This document shows positions 27,201 to 42,400 of a stretch of 64,000 bases of DNA, piece by piece. The number at the start of each line of letters is the position of its first letter. Position 1 is the first letter of the stretch. The notes beneath the pieces were generated by a model. That model ran no database searches, was not told where the DNA came from, and was given only the letters and a program-made list of their open reading frames with translations. Where the stretch lies: the NCBI RefSeq assembly GCF_018977255.1, contig NW_024704742.1, forward strand, positions 55,740,001-55,804,000, given 5' to 3'. This DNA comes from Callorhinchus milii. Its lineage: Eukaryota. The position numbers and the translations under genes were made by a program.

Positions 27201-30200
27201 AGTTCTTCAGATACACTTACAGTGCAAGTTATGCAAATGAGATCAAAAAGAACCACTTCAAATTAATTCAAGGTCATTTGAACAACCGAGGTATATTTCC
27301 TTGTGGCTTTTATAAATAGGAAAACGTGTTTCATTGCGTTTTAAAATCAGTAGGTGGCTGACCGTATGGCTTGACGTAAAACTCCGTCAGTCAAATGTAA
27401 CATGGCCATAATTCCAAACTGCATCACCTCCCACTGTGTCTGTAGTGATTTGGAACTAACTGTGGACAGCCCTTGCTGATTTCACACTGCAAGTTGGATT
27501 ATTTTTCAGCTCATAGTGGGAATTACCAGTTAGATTAGTTCGGACATAGGTTTCTGATGTGACAATGCATGTTATTTATTAGACCATGATTATAATTAAT
27601 TGAGTTGGAGTTTCCAATGCAGAGAGAAAGGAGCAGTATTACTGAGCTGAGTAAGTTCTTAAAAAATGATTGCTTTAACGTTTTTTATTGCAATGAGGAC
27701 TTGCATTGCTTTGCACGGAAAATAAAATTCACACATTTTTGGAGCAGTGAAAATACTTGTAATTCACTCACTCAAGCACTCATTCTGGGATCTTTACTGT
27801 TTTGCTTAATATAAATCAAGGAAATTGATTTTTCCACTAATTTTACAACTTCACAGCAAAAATGGAGTATTCTCGGTAAGTGTGATGTTATCTACCATCC
27901 TTCCCCTAAATTTAACCCATGGCATATTGATGGCAACAAAGTCCTTTTCAAAATAGTTACTTGATTTCTACCACACAGCAACTCTACATAACTTTTATGA
28001 TGGGCATTAGAAATTAGGATTTTAGAATTCATAGGATCATTTGGCATATCACTGTACTTTTGGCGCATTTGGTTTGTTATTTGACTTCTTGCCAAAATAC
28101 TACGTCAGTCCTTAAAGGATTAAGATGGTGTATTCTTATTTGCATGGGATTAAGATGACAAAGTTTTAGGAATTAAAATGACACAGAAAATGTAGTTATG
28201 AATAATATTCTTGTCATTGCTCAAACAGCTTTTTTTTTAGCAAATGATCAAATAAAAATATTACATTATTGATGGGATTAGACTAGAACATGCCAGTTGG
28301 TTGCTAGTACAGATATGATGGGTCCAAATAGCTTCCTTCTGTGCTGTAAATATTTTATGATTCCACCTCCAAGCGTTAAAGCAGGTAAACTGTTCGTAGA
28401 CTACTGACAATACCACATTTCATCCACAAATAATAATAGTAATAATAATAAAAATAATAATCCTTCCTTCCATTTGTTATAGCGCCTTTCACAACATGGA
28501 GATGCCTCAAAGTGCTTCACTGGATATACTGTAAAGTGGAGTGACTGTGCATATTGGGAGTGAAATGCGGCAGTAAATTATACACAGCAGTGTCTCACAA
28601 ACAGCCATGGAATGAGTGACCACATTTATTTGCAGGATTGTTGGCCAGGACAACAGGAGAAACTCCCTTCTTTTTTCGAATAGTGCCGTGGGATCATTAA
28701 CATCCTGGCGACGGGACTTCAGTTTAACATCTCATCCAAAGGGCGCCACCTCTGACAATTTAGTTCTACCCCAGCACCTCATTGGAGTGTCAACCTAAAA
28801 TATGAGCTCAAAGACCTAATGTCTTGTCTTCCCTCAAAACGATGACAATGGCATCTCCTTTGGAGCTTGGCTTTTAAATCTCACGTTGATATTTATATTC
28901 ATAAAATGTTTTACCATGCAGAAATAATAAGTTCTTAAAAATTTATTCGTCAGCAGCAATGCACATAATTGGATATTGGTGCAGTGTATCTACTGTGACA
29001 AACCATAGCTGACCACCATCAGATAAATGGAAAAGCTATACAGCTGTCAGACCAACTATCAGTGTTATCAGGCAAGTGCAAATCCGATCCAATGAATGAT
29101 GAAATAGATGACGTGTTCCAAGATCATCCCTCAGATACAGAGTTAATCTGCATGAGGAAAGATCCACTTGTGCAGATAAACTGTAAAAGTACCATAGGTC
29201 TATACTTTTGTCTTTGGTTGAAATGTTTGTCAATATATTGTAACTGATGTCAATTTAAATGTAGGAATATGGCAGAATGAAAGGGAAGAGACTGCAATGA
29301 CATCTGGAGTTCTTCATATGGAACGACTCTTCCCCACCCCCACCCCCACCAGATCACCCATCTGTGCGAAACGAGACCATGGTTGAATTGCAGGCAGGTA
29401 TGAATCAAATCGTGTCCAAGCAAGACACTCATGCTAGTAATATTGTATTCTGCATAGATAAAAGCACACAGTGCCAAATTATTTGGTCATGCCTCTTCTT
29501 AGGTTCTTATCCAGATGCTGTTGCTTCAATACAAAAATAATAATACATGATGACAAATTTTCCCCTCCTGTTTTCTCCTCATGATGACAAGCATCTAATT
29601 TGCAGCAGTTTTCAACAGGATAGTGAATTCTGCTGAACAGGCTGGCTCAGTTGGTTGTGCTTTTACCTCTAAGTCAGAAGGTTATGAAATGAGACCTCAC
29701 ATTAAGACTTTGAGATCATACTGAAATACAGAGCTTGGGGTATGCTGCTTTGTCAGAGATGCCATTCTTTAAATGAAATATTAAACCAGGGTCCTGTCTG
29801 CCTGTCCAGCCTGAAACTCGAATCCTGATTTTAGAAATCCCATGGCACAATTTGAAAAGAGAAAGGAGTTTCTCCTCAGTGTCCTGGCCAACAATCCTCC
29901 AGATAAATTTGATCATTCACTTATGGGACATTGCTATGTGCAAATTGACTGTGTTAGCTTACAACATGCACAGTCACTACATTTGCAATAAGTCCTGTAA
30001 AGATGTTGAGATGTTGCAATGAGTGGACTGAATTTTTATGGACACCCACATTAATAATAACAAATAAATATTCCTTGCATTGATATAATGCCTTATCATG
30101 TCTTCGAGACATCTCAAAGCGCTTTACAGAATATACTGTAAAGTGAATTGACTGTGGCTTTTGTGGGAGGAATGCTCTGTTCTATTGTCCAATTGTTTAT

Positions 30201-31102
30201 TCTTTTTGTGGGCACATCTATGGACCATAGTAGACAATCTGATATCCACACTAATTGGGACTCATTGTGATATGAAACAGTGCAGACAGATATACAGTAG
30301 TCTCCGTGTGTTTGTACATGCATGCATGTATGTGTGTGTCTCTCTCCTTCTCTAATTATCACTGTGTGTTTGTGTCTTCCTCTTATCCTTTAATCTTTAC
30401 CTGGATCAGTTCTCTCCACCTATTTGGTAACATGGACCAGGCATGCGCACAACTACAATTTTTCTTCAATACCACAACTTGACTCCACTTCAGACATGCA
30501 AAATGTCATTATGCATTTAAGTGGTAATCTGTGAGGAAGTATCAGAACGATGACCATCCTTGTCATCACATGAGATCTACGATTGTACTTTCTGCAAGAG
30601 GTGTAACTATAATGACTCAATTGAAGAAGAATTTTCATAATTCTACCCAATTTTAAATTTAAAGAAAAAATGGTCTTACAATGATACTAGATGATGTAAG
30701 GCCTCAGGTGGTTATTCACCCATTACATCATTAGGGGACCCCCACAAAAAATATTTATGCAGAATCTAGGAACACCAAAGCAGTACAGTGGTCCATATGT
30801 GTTTTCCTTATTGTCTGTGGTGTCAGACACTGCAGAGATGGTTCCTCTCTGATTGTCAAACACATGTTATTCTCCATTGATTGATGAGATTTACTAATCT
30901 TAGCAGCATGAGATTGTTCCCATTGTGAGCTAACACTGTCAAAGTTGATCATCCTTGACAGTGCTAACCCAACCAGCTACAAATAAAATGGGTACAACCT
31001 CCACAGTTGGTTAAATGTATAAATGGTCGAAACTTTGTCCTTTAATTCCTAGATTCCTCTGCCAGAATTCACTGCACGGAATAACAGAGTATAGTGTAAT
31101 AC

Positions 31103-31120
31103 TATATATATATATATATA
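31103..31120. repeat. (TA)n microsatellite
   Basis: Direct reading. Confidence 0.85.
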
Positions 31121-32267
31121 ACACTAAATAATAATCTTTGCATTTGATATAGTGCCTTTCAGTTGGGGGAAGTCTCAAAGCACTTCACAGGATTTACTAT
31201 AAAGTGTAGTGACAATGTTTTTCGAATGCAGCTGCCAATTTGCACACAGTAATTTCCCACAAAACTGAAGTTTATAAGAGAAATGAGAATTGCACTTTTT
31301 AAAATATGTGTTCCTGCTCATGGATTGTAAAACATCTGGTGTTTAATCTATGTTGTGGTGGTGATTTCTCTTGTCAATAAAGTTTCTACTGACTCACTAC
31401 TTTGAAGGAAAGCATAGTCCCAGTACTTAAATTGCTTTGGGTGGTATTAATGCCACTTTGATTCTGATGTGGGTTTAACACGGCAGTAAATCTTTAACAC
31501 TGGTGAACTAAAAGGATCCATTCAGCTAATTAAGGGGGGAGAGTAGGAAGATGATCCAATTAACTTGCAAAGAATAAATTATTACATGGTGCACTCTGCA
31601 GGAGTTACACATTCAACCCAGAACCTAGCTTAACCAACAGATGAAATTCAATATGACTCTCTTTTCCCTGTTATAATGTATGTGTCAGTCAAAATGAATA
31701 TGGATTTGTTATCCAGCTATGGAGGTTCTTGCGTTAACACTGTTGATTTTCATCCTTAGTGATATGCAATACAAAATATAGGGTCACATAATATCATATT
31801 ATATATTAATATTAATATCATAATAATAGCTCTGAAAAAGACCATTGTGGTCCAACCACCCAGTCTCAAGATGAACAAAAATAATAAATACTCTTATTCT
31901 ACTCGCAGGTCCCAGCAGGTGAGCAATCAGTCACTTTGCCTCCACTCTCTTGAACTCTCTTCCAGAAACTCTCCACTTTCAAAACCTGTCTATCTCTTTA
32001 ACTGCACCTTTGGACCTCCCCACTTGCATAGGGTGGTTTGAAGAGATAGGTATTTAGGTGGGATTTAAAGATAGTTAGAATGGGGGAGAAGGTGGAGGAG
32101 TAGAGGGAAGTTCCAGACAATAGGGACTGTGTGTTTCTTCTATGTGGTACATTTCATTGCTTCTTTGGTTCTAACGATTCTATGGAACACCATCCGGAAT
32201 CTCTCTGACTTGCCCCTCCATCACCTCGTTCGAGGTTCATCTAAAAACCTACCTCTCTGACAGCACT

Positions 32268-32600
32268 TTAACAACAACAACAAATTACATTTGTATCGCG
32301 CCTTTTGTGTCAGGAGCATGTCCCAAGGTGCTGGACAGTCAGGGATCCGCACTCAAGCTGGTGACTGGGATCAGGAGGGGTGGAAGGCGGGAAGGTTAGG
32401 ACTCAGAGGGTGACCAAATGCATGGTTGAAGAGGAGGATCTTGAGACAGCTTTTGAAGAGGCAAGGGAGTAGGTAAGGCGGAGGGACTGTGGGATGGAGT
32501 TCCGAAGGATGTGGACAGAGAGGCTGAAGGCCCGTCCGATATTGGTGGACGTGAAGCAGGCCGGAATTCGCTGAGCAAAGGGAGTGGACAGCTTGGTAGG
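32268..32600 (-). mobile_element. L2 3' fragment, within a cluster of further L2 pieces (~31890-32770)
   Basis: (CAA)n followed by the reverse complement of the L2 tail and 3' region, similar to 44062-44400. Confidence 0.8.
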
Positions 32601-34028
32601 GAGTTAGGAAGTCACAGAGTTTGGGAGGTCATCTTTAGGTCATCTTTCCCCTCTCGACTCCACATACCCTTGTCCCCCATCTGCAGCTTGGGTGCCAAGC
32701 CAGGATGTTTAAGTGCCTTGGGCTGTCCTCCTGATTTGAAAGGCATTGTATAAATGTAAATTTGTATTGCTTTGTAAACAACCTAGCACAATGTCACATT
32801 TATCAACAACAGAATGTTTAACCAGCTCTACATCCCCAATCTGAAATTGCATTTATCACATTCATTTTATCTGCACCATGTCCTGCTATCTTAGAGGCAA
32901 ATATTGTTATCTACAGAATTAAATATATTTGTGAGGGTAGATATTCACTAGGTGACTCCTAATGTGCTGATGTGACTTTCAGGACAAGGCGGACAACACT
33001 TTATCGACTGGAGCTCGTGGTAATGAAAACCATGTTCTTTAAGCATTCCCAGTTCAGAGCTTTTCATTCAAATGAAAAAGATAGCTCAGTGCCAAAGAAA
33101 CACCACTTATTAACCCCAAAGGGAAGGTAGAAAACAGTAGACAAGCAGGGTGAAAAGAACAAAAAATCGCCAGGCTAGAATAAGCAATCTTTTTAATATG
33201 TTTTCATTCATTTCACAGAATTAGGATTAATACAGGAATAAAATTGTCCTGATCTTTGAGTCGCTTTTTTATGCACAAGTTAAGCAAACAAAACAGTTAA
33301 GCTTACAACAACAAGAACAACTTGTATTTATCAAGACCCTTCAGGGAGGGTAACATCTTGAAGCATTTTACAAGGGCTGGGTTGGGTGGTGCGCAAGGAA
33401 GAGGTGGAGGGGAGAGGGAGAGGTAGTCAAAGGGGTCTCCATCTTAGAGAAGTAAGAGTCAATATGACAATTGATATAATACCATAGGAATATCCTTTTC
33501 TAAAACTTTGAATCTATTATTCAAGTTTAAACATGTTGACTGTTGGTTCTTATTTCATTGGGTGGTAAAAATGCCGATACGTTACAAAATTATCTAATTC
33601 GCCATTTGAATAATCATATCTATTTTCTTGATGCGTTTGTGTAAAATTAATTTACTGCAGCATACACTGTTTTATCAACTATTTCAATTAGTTTTGTTTT
33701 GAAGAATCCCGCTCTTATCTGGCATCTGGCAGCTAATTCTATCTAGGCAAAGGATAAGGTGCTTTACTGTATAGCTTTCTTTGATGCTTCTTATGGTTGG
33801 AAACTAAATTATGTGTTTTTAGTTTTGCTTACATATCTCCTAATTGTCCTCAGACTGTTCACTGTTCTTGTTCAAGCAGTTCCAAAACAGCAATAGCACA
33901 GAAGCCAAGGTTTTACCAAACACTGGCTCTCAAACCCAGTGTGGCAGTACAATTATGCTGCAGCTGTTACTTTGCAGCTGCTTGCAAATAAAACACTGAA
34001 ATAAAATGATGAAAACAATTTCAATATA

Positions 34029-34386
34029 CAGTGAAACCTATCTTCAAAGACCCATCAAGGAATGGGGCCAAAGTGGCCTTTACCCAAGGGTGGCCTCTGA
34101 GTAAGGAGACATTGCTGTGTGAATGCACACTGATAATAATCCCTCAAAAAATCCCAATAATAAATTGGTCATTTCAATCCACGACTGTTTGTGGGACACT
34201 GCTGTGTGCAATTGGCTGCAGCATTTCACCCACAAATATACAGTCAATTCACTTTACAGTTATTCTGTGAAGCGCTTTGAGACGTCTAGAAGACGTGAAA
34301 AGCGCTATATCAAATGCAAGGATTATTATTATTGTTAACTGAGGGTGGTTATCGAATGGAGGTGGTTCCTTGTGCAGGTTTGACTG
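34029..34386. mobile_element. Tc1/mariner (Tigger/pogo-like) MITE interrupted by a 5'-truncated SINE (~34130-34333)
   Basis: TA|CAGTGAAACCT ... AGGTTTGACTG|TA: 11-bp TIR with 1 mismatch and a TA target duplication. Confidence 0.8.
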
Positions 34387-37300
34387 TATTTAATTCAATG
34401 CATCTCAAAATCAGGTGTCAGCCTGGCTCAATTGGTAGCACTCTTGCCTCTGAGGCAGAAGGTTGTGAGTTCAAGTCCATGTCAGGGCTTTGAACTCACA
34501 TAGTGTAGACTGACACTCCAATAAAATGTCAGGGAGTGTTGCAGTTTTTGAGGAGCATCAAACCGAGACCCGTTCTGCACGTTCAGGCAAATGTTAAAGA
34601 ACCTATAACACTTCTCGAAAAGAGAAGTGAGTTTTTCCTGGTGTCCTGACTTACAATCTCTCAGATAAAACTCATCATTCACTTCCTTGTTGGAATCTAC
34701 TGTACGCAAATTGGCTGCTGCTTTCGATAACATAAGACACAGTTACCACACTTTATAGTGTGCTCTGTGAACTACTTTGAGATGTCCTCCCAACATGAAA
34801 GGAGCTAAATCAAATGAAAGAATTGTTGCTTATCAAATCTGTGAAACGAGAGAAGGGAAATGTCATCTGACTAAATGAAGCAATCAATAATTACGTGAAC
34901 TTTAAAAAAAACTATTTGTCAACTACTGCAACTAGTAGAAGGTATCCGAATGGTAGTTTGTATAAATAATAATAATCCTTGCATTTGGCATAGCACCTTT
35001 CACTTCAAAAGGACATCTCAAAATGCTTCACAGAGCACAGTATAAAGTGTAATGACTGGGTATTTTGTCAGTTAACGGGAATAAAACAGGAATTGTGTGA
35101 ATATTTCTTCCTTTAATTGTTTAAACTGTGTCGAATTGCTAATCACGATTCAGAACAAGAAATTTTATTAATCTGAGCTTTAATAGGTGTTCAGTGGGAA
35201 AGATAACATTCTGTCATATTCCGTTATGACACTAATTTACAATTCAAATACATTCCCCTTGGGTGCCATGAATATGAAGTGCACAAAATTATTTAAAGTC
35301 ATTTACACTTGACAACTATTTAAGACACAGTTTAATATTGAAAGACACACTCAAAGTACTGCACAATTTGATAAGGTTCAAATCAAAATTATCATGCAGT
35401 GATGTAATACGCAATAACAACTAATTCCAATGACGAGCTTTAGATTTTCAAACAAAAGATTAAGTATTGATGAGGAGTTATGCTAACAGCATTGTAAAAA
35501 TTACTCCGTGGTACACCGTGAGTCTGATTAAATGCCTTTGAAAATAAATGTTACTGTCAAGGAGGGAGTAGAGGTAGCTTGTACCTGAAGATTTCCTGAC
35601 CACAACCAGAATATAAAATAGGACATTACACAGATAGTGTTAGTCTATTTAAACTGTGCCTGAAGATCACTGGAAATCAAATATTCTATGAATATCTCAT
35701 GCCGAAAATATCCATTTTAAAATGCAGATTTTAATCCTGTTATGCGGGCATGTTATTTGTTCCCAGCTCTTCGACAAATCAGGAAGCAATATTTTCCAAT
35801 AATGCATTTAAGCCAATTTAAACAAAAAAACTGAACTCCATTTGGATCTATTGATCCTAACTTAATTCCGTCTTCCTGTTAGCCTGACCTGTACTCCCTG
35901 AAAAAGCACCTACATCAGTATCAAATTACATTGTAATATACGTGTACGGGCATACAGTAGGGTTCGAAAACCAATGAGAATTTAAATTATTTCCCCCAGA
36001 ATTGATTGGAATCATTTTCGTTTGCAGAGAATAATGGTAAAAGAAAATACAGTGAACATTTTACTTCCCAGTTACAGAAACCTAATTTATGCTGCTTAAA
36101 TGGTACATTTTGAAACAGCTGTAAATTGAGTACAAAATCAATTTATAGCTGCCAAGCAAATGGATTATTTGACAATTTGCTCTTAATGATTTAACGACCC
36201 ACTGGTTAAGTTAAGAGTTCAATTTTGTTTTTTACTTACGATATCTTGGCCACCTCTTGACACCAACAAATCATAATCCATTTATGAATTGTCTGTAATA
36301 ACCTATCATGTCGTTCCTTTTCGGTTCATGACAAGGACTGCTGTCCTCTACCTCTGTCACATTACTGTCTCCAACCCTATCTGATACCAGATGCTGCTGA
36401 AACCCTCCGCCACGCCTCTGTCACCTCCCTCCTCAAATTCTCAAATCCACCCTTACTGGTCTCCCCAGTTCCACCATCCACAAGGTCCAGATCCATTAAA
36501 TATATTTGGAATTTCCATGTTAAGATGGGATCCATGGAACTCTCAGTTTGGTTTGGATACTCTTAAGCATAGTGATAGGTTTCTGTCTCACCAAAGAAAA
36601 AAAACTTGGATACTAAAAATCTCATGACACAATTTGAAAAGAGAAAGATTTATTTTCTGAGTGTTCATATCAATCCTCCAGATAATATTTACATCATGGC
36701 AATCTGCGGAACCTGCTGCATGCGAATTGGTTGCCAAATGTGCCTACAAAATAAACAGTCACGGCACGTGTGAAGTGCTTTGAGATGTTTTGACTATATT
36801 AAATGCAAGGATTATCTATATCATATTTTCATAGTTTCAATTTATGTTTCGTGAAAACAAATACAAACTTATATTGATGAAACACAAGAAAACATTATCA
36901 AAGGGAAACCTTCTGATAATGGAGTTCTCTGGGTCCAATCTCTCAGAGGTTGAGTTCCCCTTAAAATGAGAAAGAATGGGTGACTTCTGTGTCATCAGAT
37001 CAGTGCTGACATTACTTTCTGCATGATGCATCCACTTAAAGGTTAAATATAGTCACTAGACTTTAAAGTGAAGCACTTTGTGACATTCTCCCGAAAGGAG
37101 CTTTGTCAAATACGAGGATTATTGTTAATAAATACAGGCTTGAACATAAGACCATGAGACAAAAAAAGACGAGGGCCTATCTAGTTCACCTTCCACCTTC
37201 CTGGAGGTCATATGCACATAGTCCCCAAACCACCTATGTTCTATATCCCATGAGACTTGAGTTTGAATTACAGAAAACTGCCTTCACGTTAAGACTGAAT

Positions 37301-38614
37301 TCAATAATTTGCCAGATGCTGGATGGCCTAAATTGTTACATAAATTAAGTAAATCTAGCCCCAGTTGGAATTTGATCCAAATATGCACAAAAAGTGTGAT
37401 TTTCTTTGTGAACTCGATTAACAGGAAGTAGTATAAGTGGCGACCTGACGACCTGGAAGTTAGCCTTTTTTTAATGTGCTGTCACTGCCAGAATCTGGAT
37501 TTACCAATCTTCTAGTTGGCATGTGCCAGCACTATAAGCAAGATAGATAATATTGGTGGTGGGGGTGGGGTTGGAAGGGTAGCGGGGGCTGTACTGCGTT
37601 CTCTTGTATCTGTCCATGCAAGTAAAGATATATGGAGGCAGCTGAGTCCTGCATCATAAGCTTCTAAGCTGACATCAAACATTTGACTACTGAGCTGCTA
37701 ATGATTCATGTATGTCTGTACCAATGATTGTGAACTTGGTCCATTTTTTAAGTTATATAATACAGTGATGTGCTGGTTGCAATTGAATGAGGAGCTCTTG
37801 TGAGTTTCATCCAATCTATCACAGAGCAATGACTGCAGCAAAAGGTCTATTACAATCTCACTGTGCTTATTCCATAAATTCAGAAGCTCATTAAGAGCTG
37901 CTCATAGAGATTAATACAATCCAATAATCTGATAGATTGGCCAGTGGCCCCTAATTGTCAGCACTACTCCACATTTCATGAATATATTTGTACATTGTGG
38001 GCACCTATTTAAAATTCAAACTGCTGCTGCCTCCCATCTAACACAGCTATCTACTTGGGCAATAACTTCAACCTGTCGGGACTATTTGAGACAATAAATA
38101 GCTCATGTGCTGTCTAAATGTCAAAGCTGAAGATTGAAGTATTTAATTGGAGCATGGTGCCATTTATTGCTGAGGGTGCTCTGGACAAACAGATTTGTTG
38201 CAATCATCCTGCGGTATATTTCCAGTGAAGTTCACATGAGTTTAAAGTGAACATGTTTGGATCATGGCTGTTTGTGGCACTTTGCTGGGCACAAATTGGT
38301 TGCCAAATTTACCTACAAAATGCACAGTCACTACTCTGCAATAAATCCTGCGAAGCACCTTGAGATGTTTTGATGACTTGATATGCCCCAATACCAAATG
38401 TAAAATTTATTATTATTATTTTGCAATCATTCCTACAGTCTTTGATGCTGGAATAGTAATGGTGAATGTTTGCTTATTTGATTTTTGATATGTGTCTGGA
38501 ATTGTGCGCACATTCGTGTCTTGGAGGACACATCCCACTCATTTAATCCCAGTAAGTATTAGGCACTGGTAGGCAAGAACCAAGGCTTGGATATCCACAG
38601 TGGGCATAGCAGTA

Positions 38615-38985
38615 CAATAACAACAACAAATTATATTTGTATAGCGCCTTTCACATTGGGAGGACGTCCCAAGGCATTGGACAGTCAATGTTTCAGACCC
38701 GAGCTAGGGTCGGAATCGGGGAGGGTGGAGGGCAGGGTGGGGAAGGAGGGTGATCGAAGGTATGATCGAAAAGGAGGGTCTTGAGACAGGTCTTGAAGCA
38801 GGCAAAGGAGGAGGAGAGGTGGGAGGACTGTGGATTGGAGTTCTAGAGGGTGGGGGCAGAATGGCATGGAAACCCGATGAGAGGGGTTCGTGAAGGGAGT
38901 GGCGAGAGAGGAACAAGCGAAGCTGGGAAGCAATGACTCATTCCAAGACCTTAGAAAGGAAAGGGAGGTTGGAGATGGGACTCCT
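38615..38985 (-). mobile_element. Internally deleted L2 fragment
   Basis: The minus strand reads PISNLPFLSKVLE and SGF (early RT), then jumps to the 3' region and tail. Confidence 0.82.
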
Positions 38986-38996
38986 TAAAGAGAGTG

Positions 38997-39473
38997 TGGG
39001 CATTCTCTTTAAGAAGCCATGTTGCATAACATTTGCTGTTAAAGCATTAATGCTGGAATATAAAACTGGACTGAGGAAAGTATTGCTAAAACACAGCTTG
39101 TTACCTATCAAGGCTGATAAGAGTGCAATCAATAATTAGCAATTTTAGCCTGTAGTTGTGTGAGTTGTTTTTCTTCCCCCATATAAACTCTTAGCATGGT
39201 CTTAAAATAATTGAATATTTTCTCTTGGTTTTGCATCCACTTTGTTCCCTCAAGAGCTGGTCTCTTATCTCCACAGTTGTTATTTCTCATAGAGAACTTC
39301 AGTATTATCACACCATCAATACATTATCAAATCTCACTGTCCATTTAAGCAGTGGCATATCCAAACACTGGAACCATCAGTGTGCAGAGTGGGCATTCCC
39401 TTTAAGAAGCTATGTTGTATCACTTTTGCTGTTGAAACATTAATGCTGGAATATAAAACTGGACTGAGGAAAG
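38997..39473 (+). repeat. ~84-bp direct repeat pair (38997-39080 and 39390-39473)
   Basis: tgggcatt..ctttaagaagc...cattaatgctggaatataaaactggactgaggaaag occurs in both; the last 36 bp are identical. Confidence 0.9.
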
Positions 39474-42400
39474 GGTTTGATCAGCAGCTAAGATGTACGC
39501 AACGAATATTGGTTACTCAGCAATAAATAAAACAAGATTTATTACTCCATTGAGGAGATGGGGTAAGATTATGAACATGAATCTAGAAAGGACCTCTAAA
39601 CTGAGATGAAGCTACTGCCTTAATAAATGCACAGTGGAGCTTTAATTCATTTGTGCTAATTTGTACAACGTTCTGGTGGACACTGACAGACAAGACACTG
39701 CAATTAATGTGGGGTGACATTTACACTGAAGAATACATAATTTGATGCAGGGACTGCTAATTTATGAATGATATCCTGTGATTCATTACCAGAAAATAAC
39801 ACTGCCAGTATATATTTATGATCTAAAATCTTTGAATACTGTAACCAACAGAACATGTTTTTCTCTCTGAATGATGACTACAAGTAAATCTAGAACCCTT
39901 CTTATTTAGGTAAGGAATGTTTGTAGCAGCAGACAGCAAAGTATGTTTTGTGGGGTCTCTTTAGTACCATTAATCACAAATACTGATTGCAGACTGATCA
40001 GTTATAAGTACTTTTAGTGATGTGGGGGTCCTTTGGTTAGGAAGCCTGTGGTGAGGATACTATGAAAGTAAGGTATTAAGGTATATGGGAAAAAAAACAG
40101 GGAAATGGAATTAAAAGATCTGCCATCATCTCATAATCTTGTACAACAGGCTTGATAGGATGAATTACTTCATCTTATTCTTATGTTCTTACCCTACAAA
40201 TTAAACCTCAGTATTGTTCCAACAATCTTGTTCTTCTTGTTCTTTGCTCTGTCAGAGGACTAAGATGAAATCTTAGTTAGAAATCTTAAATTAAATATTA
40301 TTATTATTTATTATTATAAGATGAAATCCACGATGACTCACGACAAATCAGCTCCCACCCAAGATTCCTTCAGAGCTTTTCAGGTCAGCATGACATACAA
40401 GAGTTGCCTGAAGGGTAGTACTTCATATCCTGAGATGCTTTCTCAAGTGCAAGGTACCATTTACTCTGTTTTTCCCATTTGAGCACTTTTTCAATCCCAT
40501 TACCAAGATTGGCAAATTTACTGACCAGATAACCTTGAGTTTCTTGGAGTATCTGGAAGATTAACAAAAGTGTTAACATTAAATCCAAGACCACCAGGGT
40601 CTGTTCATTTATGTTTGAATGATAGACTTATCCCAATGGGCATTGACCCTTACTGATTGAACTGACCAGTAAAAACATATGCGGAATCCGGGAGGTGAGG
40701 ATATGAAGCTTCAGCTTTAATGTTTCTCTTCTGTTTGGTAAACTATATCATGAAGCCTGGCAAAGTAGCATCTCACAGAGGATAATGAATTTAGAGTAAA
40801 TTGACCATGCAGTAACATGCTATTAATTGTGCCATGTAGAAAAAGGTTCAGAAATTCATCAATTCTTAGTAAAACTCAATTTTCTACATTTTGAACAGTG
40901 TGAAAGTAAAAAAGATAATGGACCATTTCCCGAGCACATTGGAAAGATTGTTCAATTTTCTCTTATCACTGACAAAAGGTAACAATGGATTAGCTGTCAG
41001 CTGGAATGCTGTTGTGAAAAGAAACCAGACAGATATAAATCTCTGCCTGCAGCTCAAGCATTAGAAAAATAACCAGTATTTATAAGAAATCTAGTAACCA
41101 ATAATGGGGTTTGGATCCATTATTTTCAGAGTTCCAGAGTTCTCTACTCTTGCAGAATGCTCATGGAAACAAATAGTTCAGATAAGTAAAAAGACTTAAA
41201 TGCTTCTCTTGAGTTTTCAGACATGTCCTGCAGAAACATAAAATGGAACCATATACCATGGATTATTTTTTAAAAGCAAAACATGGAGTTATTGACAGAA
41301 GAGCATTGAATGATATTTGAAGTGACATAGAATGTAGAGGGGAAGGAGAATGCTTTTGGTGCTGAAGATAACAAGCAGACAGGTCTTAGTTTTACATATC
41401 TTGCAGTGGCAAAGATAAAATAGTTAATGAGCTCATGTAACAGAATTTGTAACAGTAAATAGGAGCCTATTAGTCATATAGACAGTGCATTCAGTGGATG
41501 AGAGACACAGGCACTTCATGAAAAAAATGACTTTAATTTAATCTCTTTATTTACCATTTTCAGAAAGGTTCTTAAAACACTAGACCGTTATCAATTCCAT
41601 TAATCCTGGCACTTAATATCTGACAGCGAATGACTGATAACAATATCACATGCTTGCAAAATCATCAAGGCTGCAAACCAATGGAGTTCCTTTTGTCCTG
41701 AAACAATTTGAAAAAGGTCTTTCAGAATTTTCCCTGTATTTTATTGTACAGTGAATGCAACTCACATGAGAAGAATTATGCTTATGAAGCATGTACTTTT
41801 CTCGGAAGCATATCTTGCAGAATTTACATAGAATTACCTAATATCTTACAACACGGAAACAGCCCATTCAGCCCAAACAGTTGTGCAGTGTTTATACTTC
41901 TCATGAGCCTCCACTCCTAGTAATCCCCTTTCCTGTATCCTTCTATTAATTTGCATGCCCAATTCCTCATATTTGTAAAAACATCCAATGTCAGTAAGAA
42001 TTATTTGCCCAAGTGCAGCATGTGATGGTTGCAGGGTGAAGCTTCCTCCTTCAAAAATCTAGCTTAGTCTTAAATCCAGGGGCAAAAACACTGTATACCT
42101 CTGCGATTTTTTCCAATCTCTACATCAAATATCCTCGTATCATTTGTGAGTGAGAATGACATTCACTGTTGTCAAATGCTAAATTACTGGCAGTTTTCTG
42201 TTTGGATTTAAATAATAATAATCCTTGCATTTGATATAATGCCTTATAACGTCATTGAGATGTCTCAAAGCTCTTCACAGAATACACTTAAAGTGAATTG
42301 ATTGTATATTTTGTGGGCAAAATGCAGCAGCCAATTGCACACAGCAGTGCATTTAACAGTGTAGTGTATTTCTACCAAGACACTGGGAAGTCTTTGAGAG

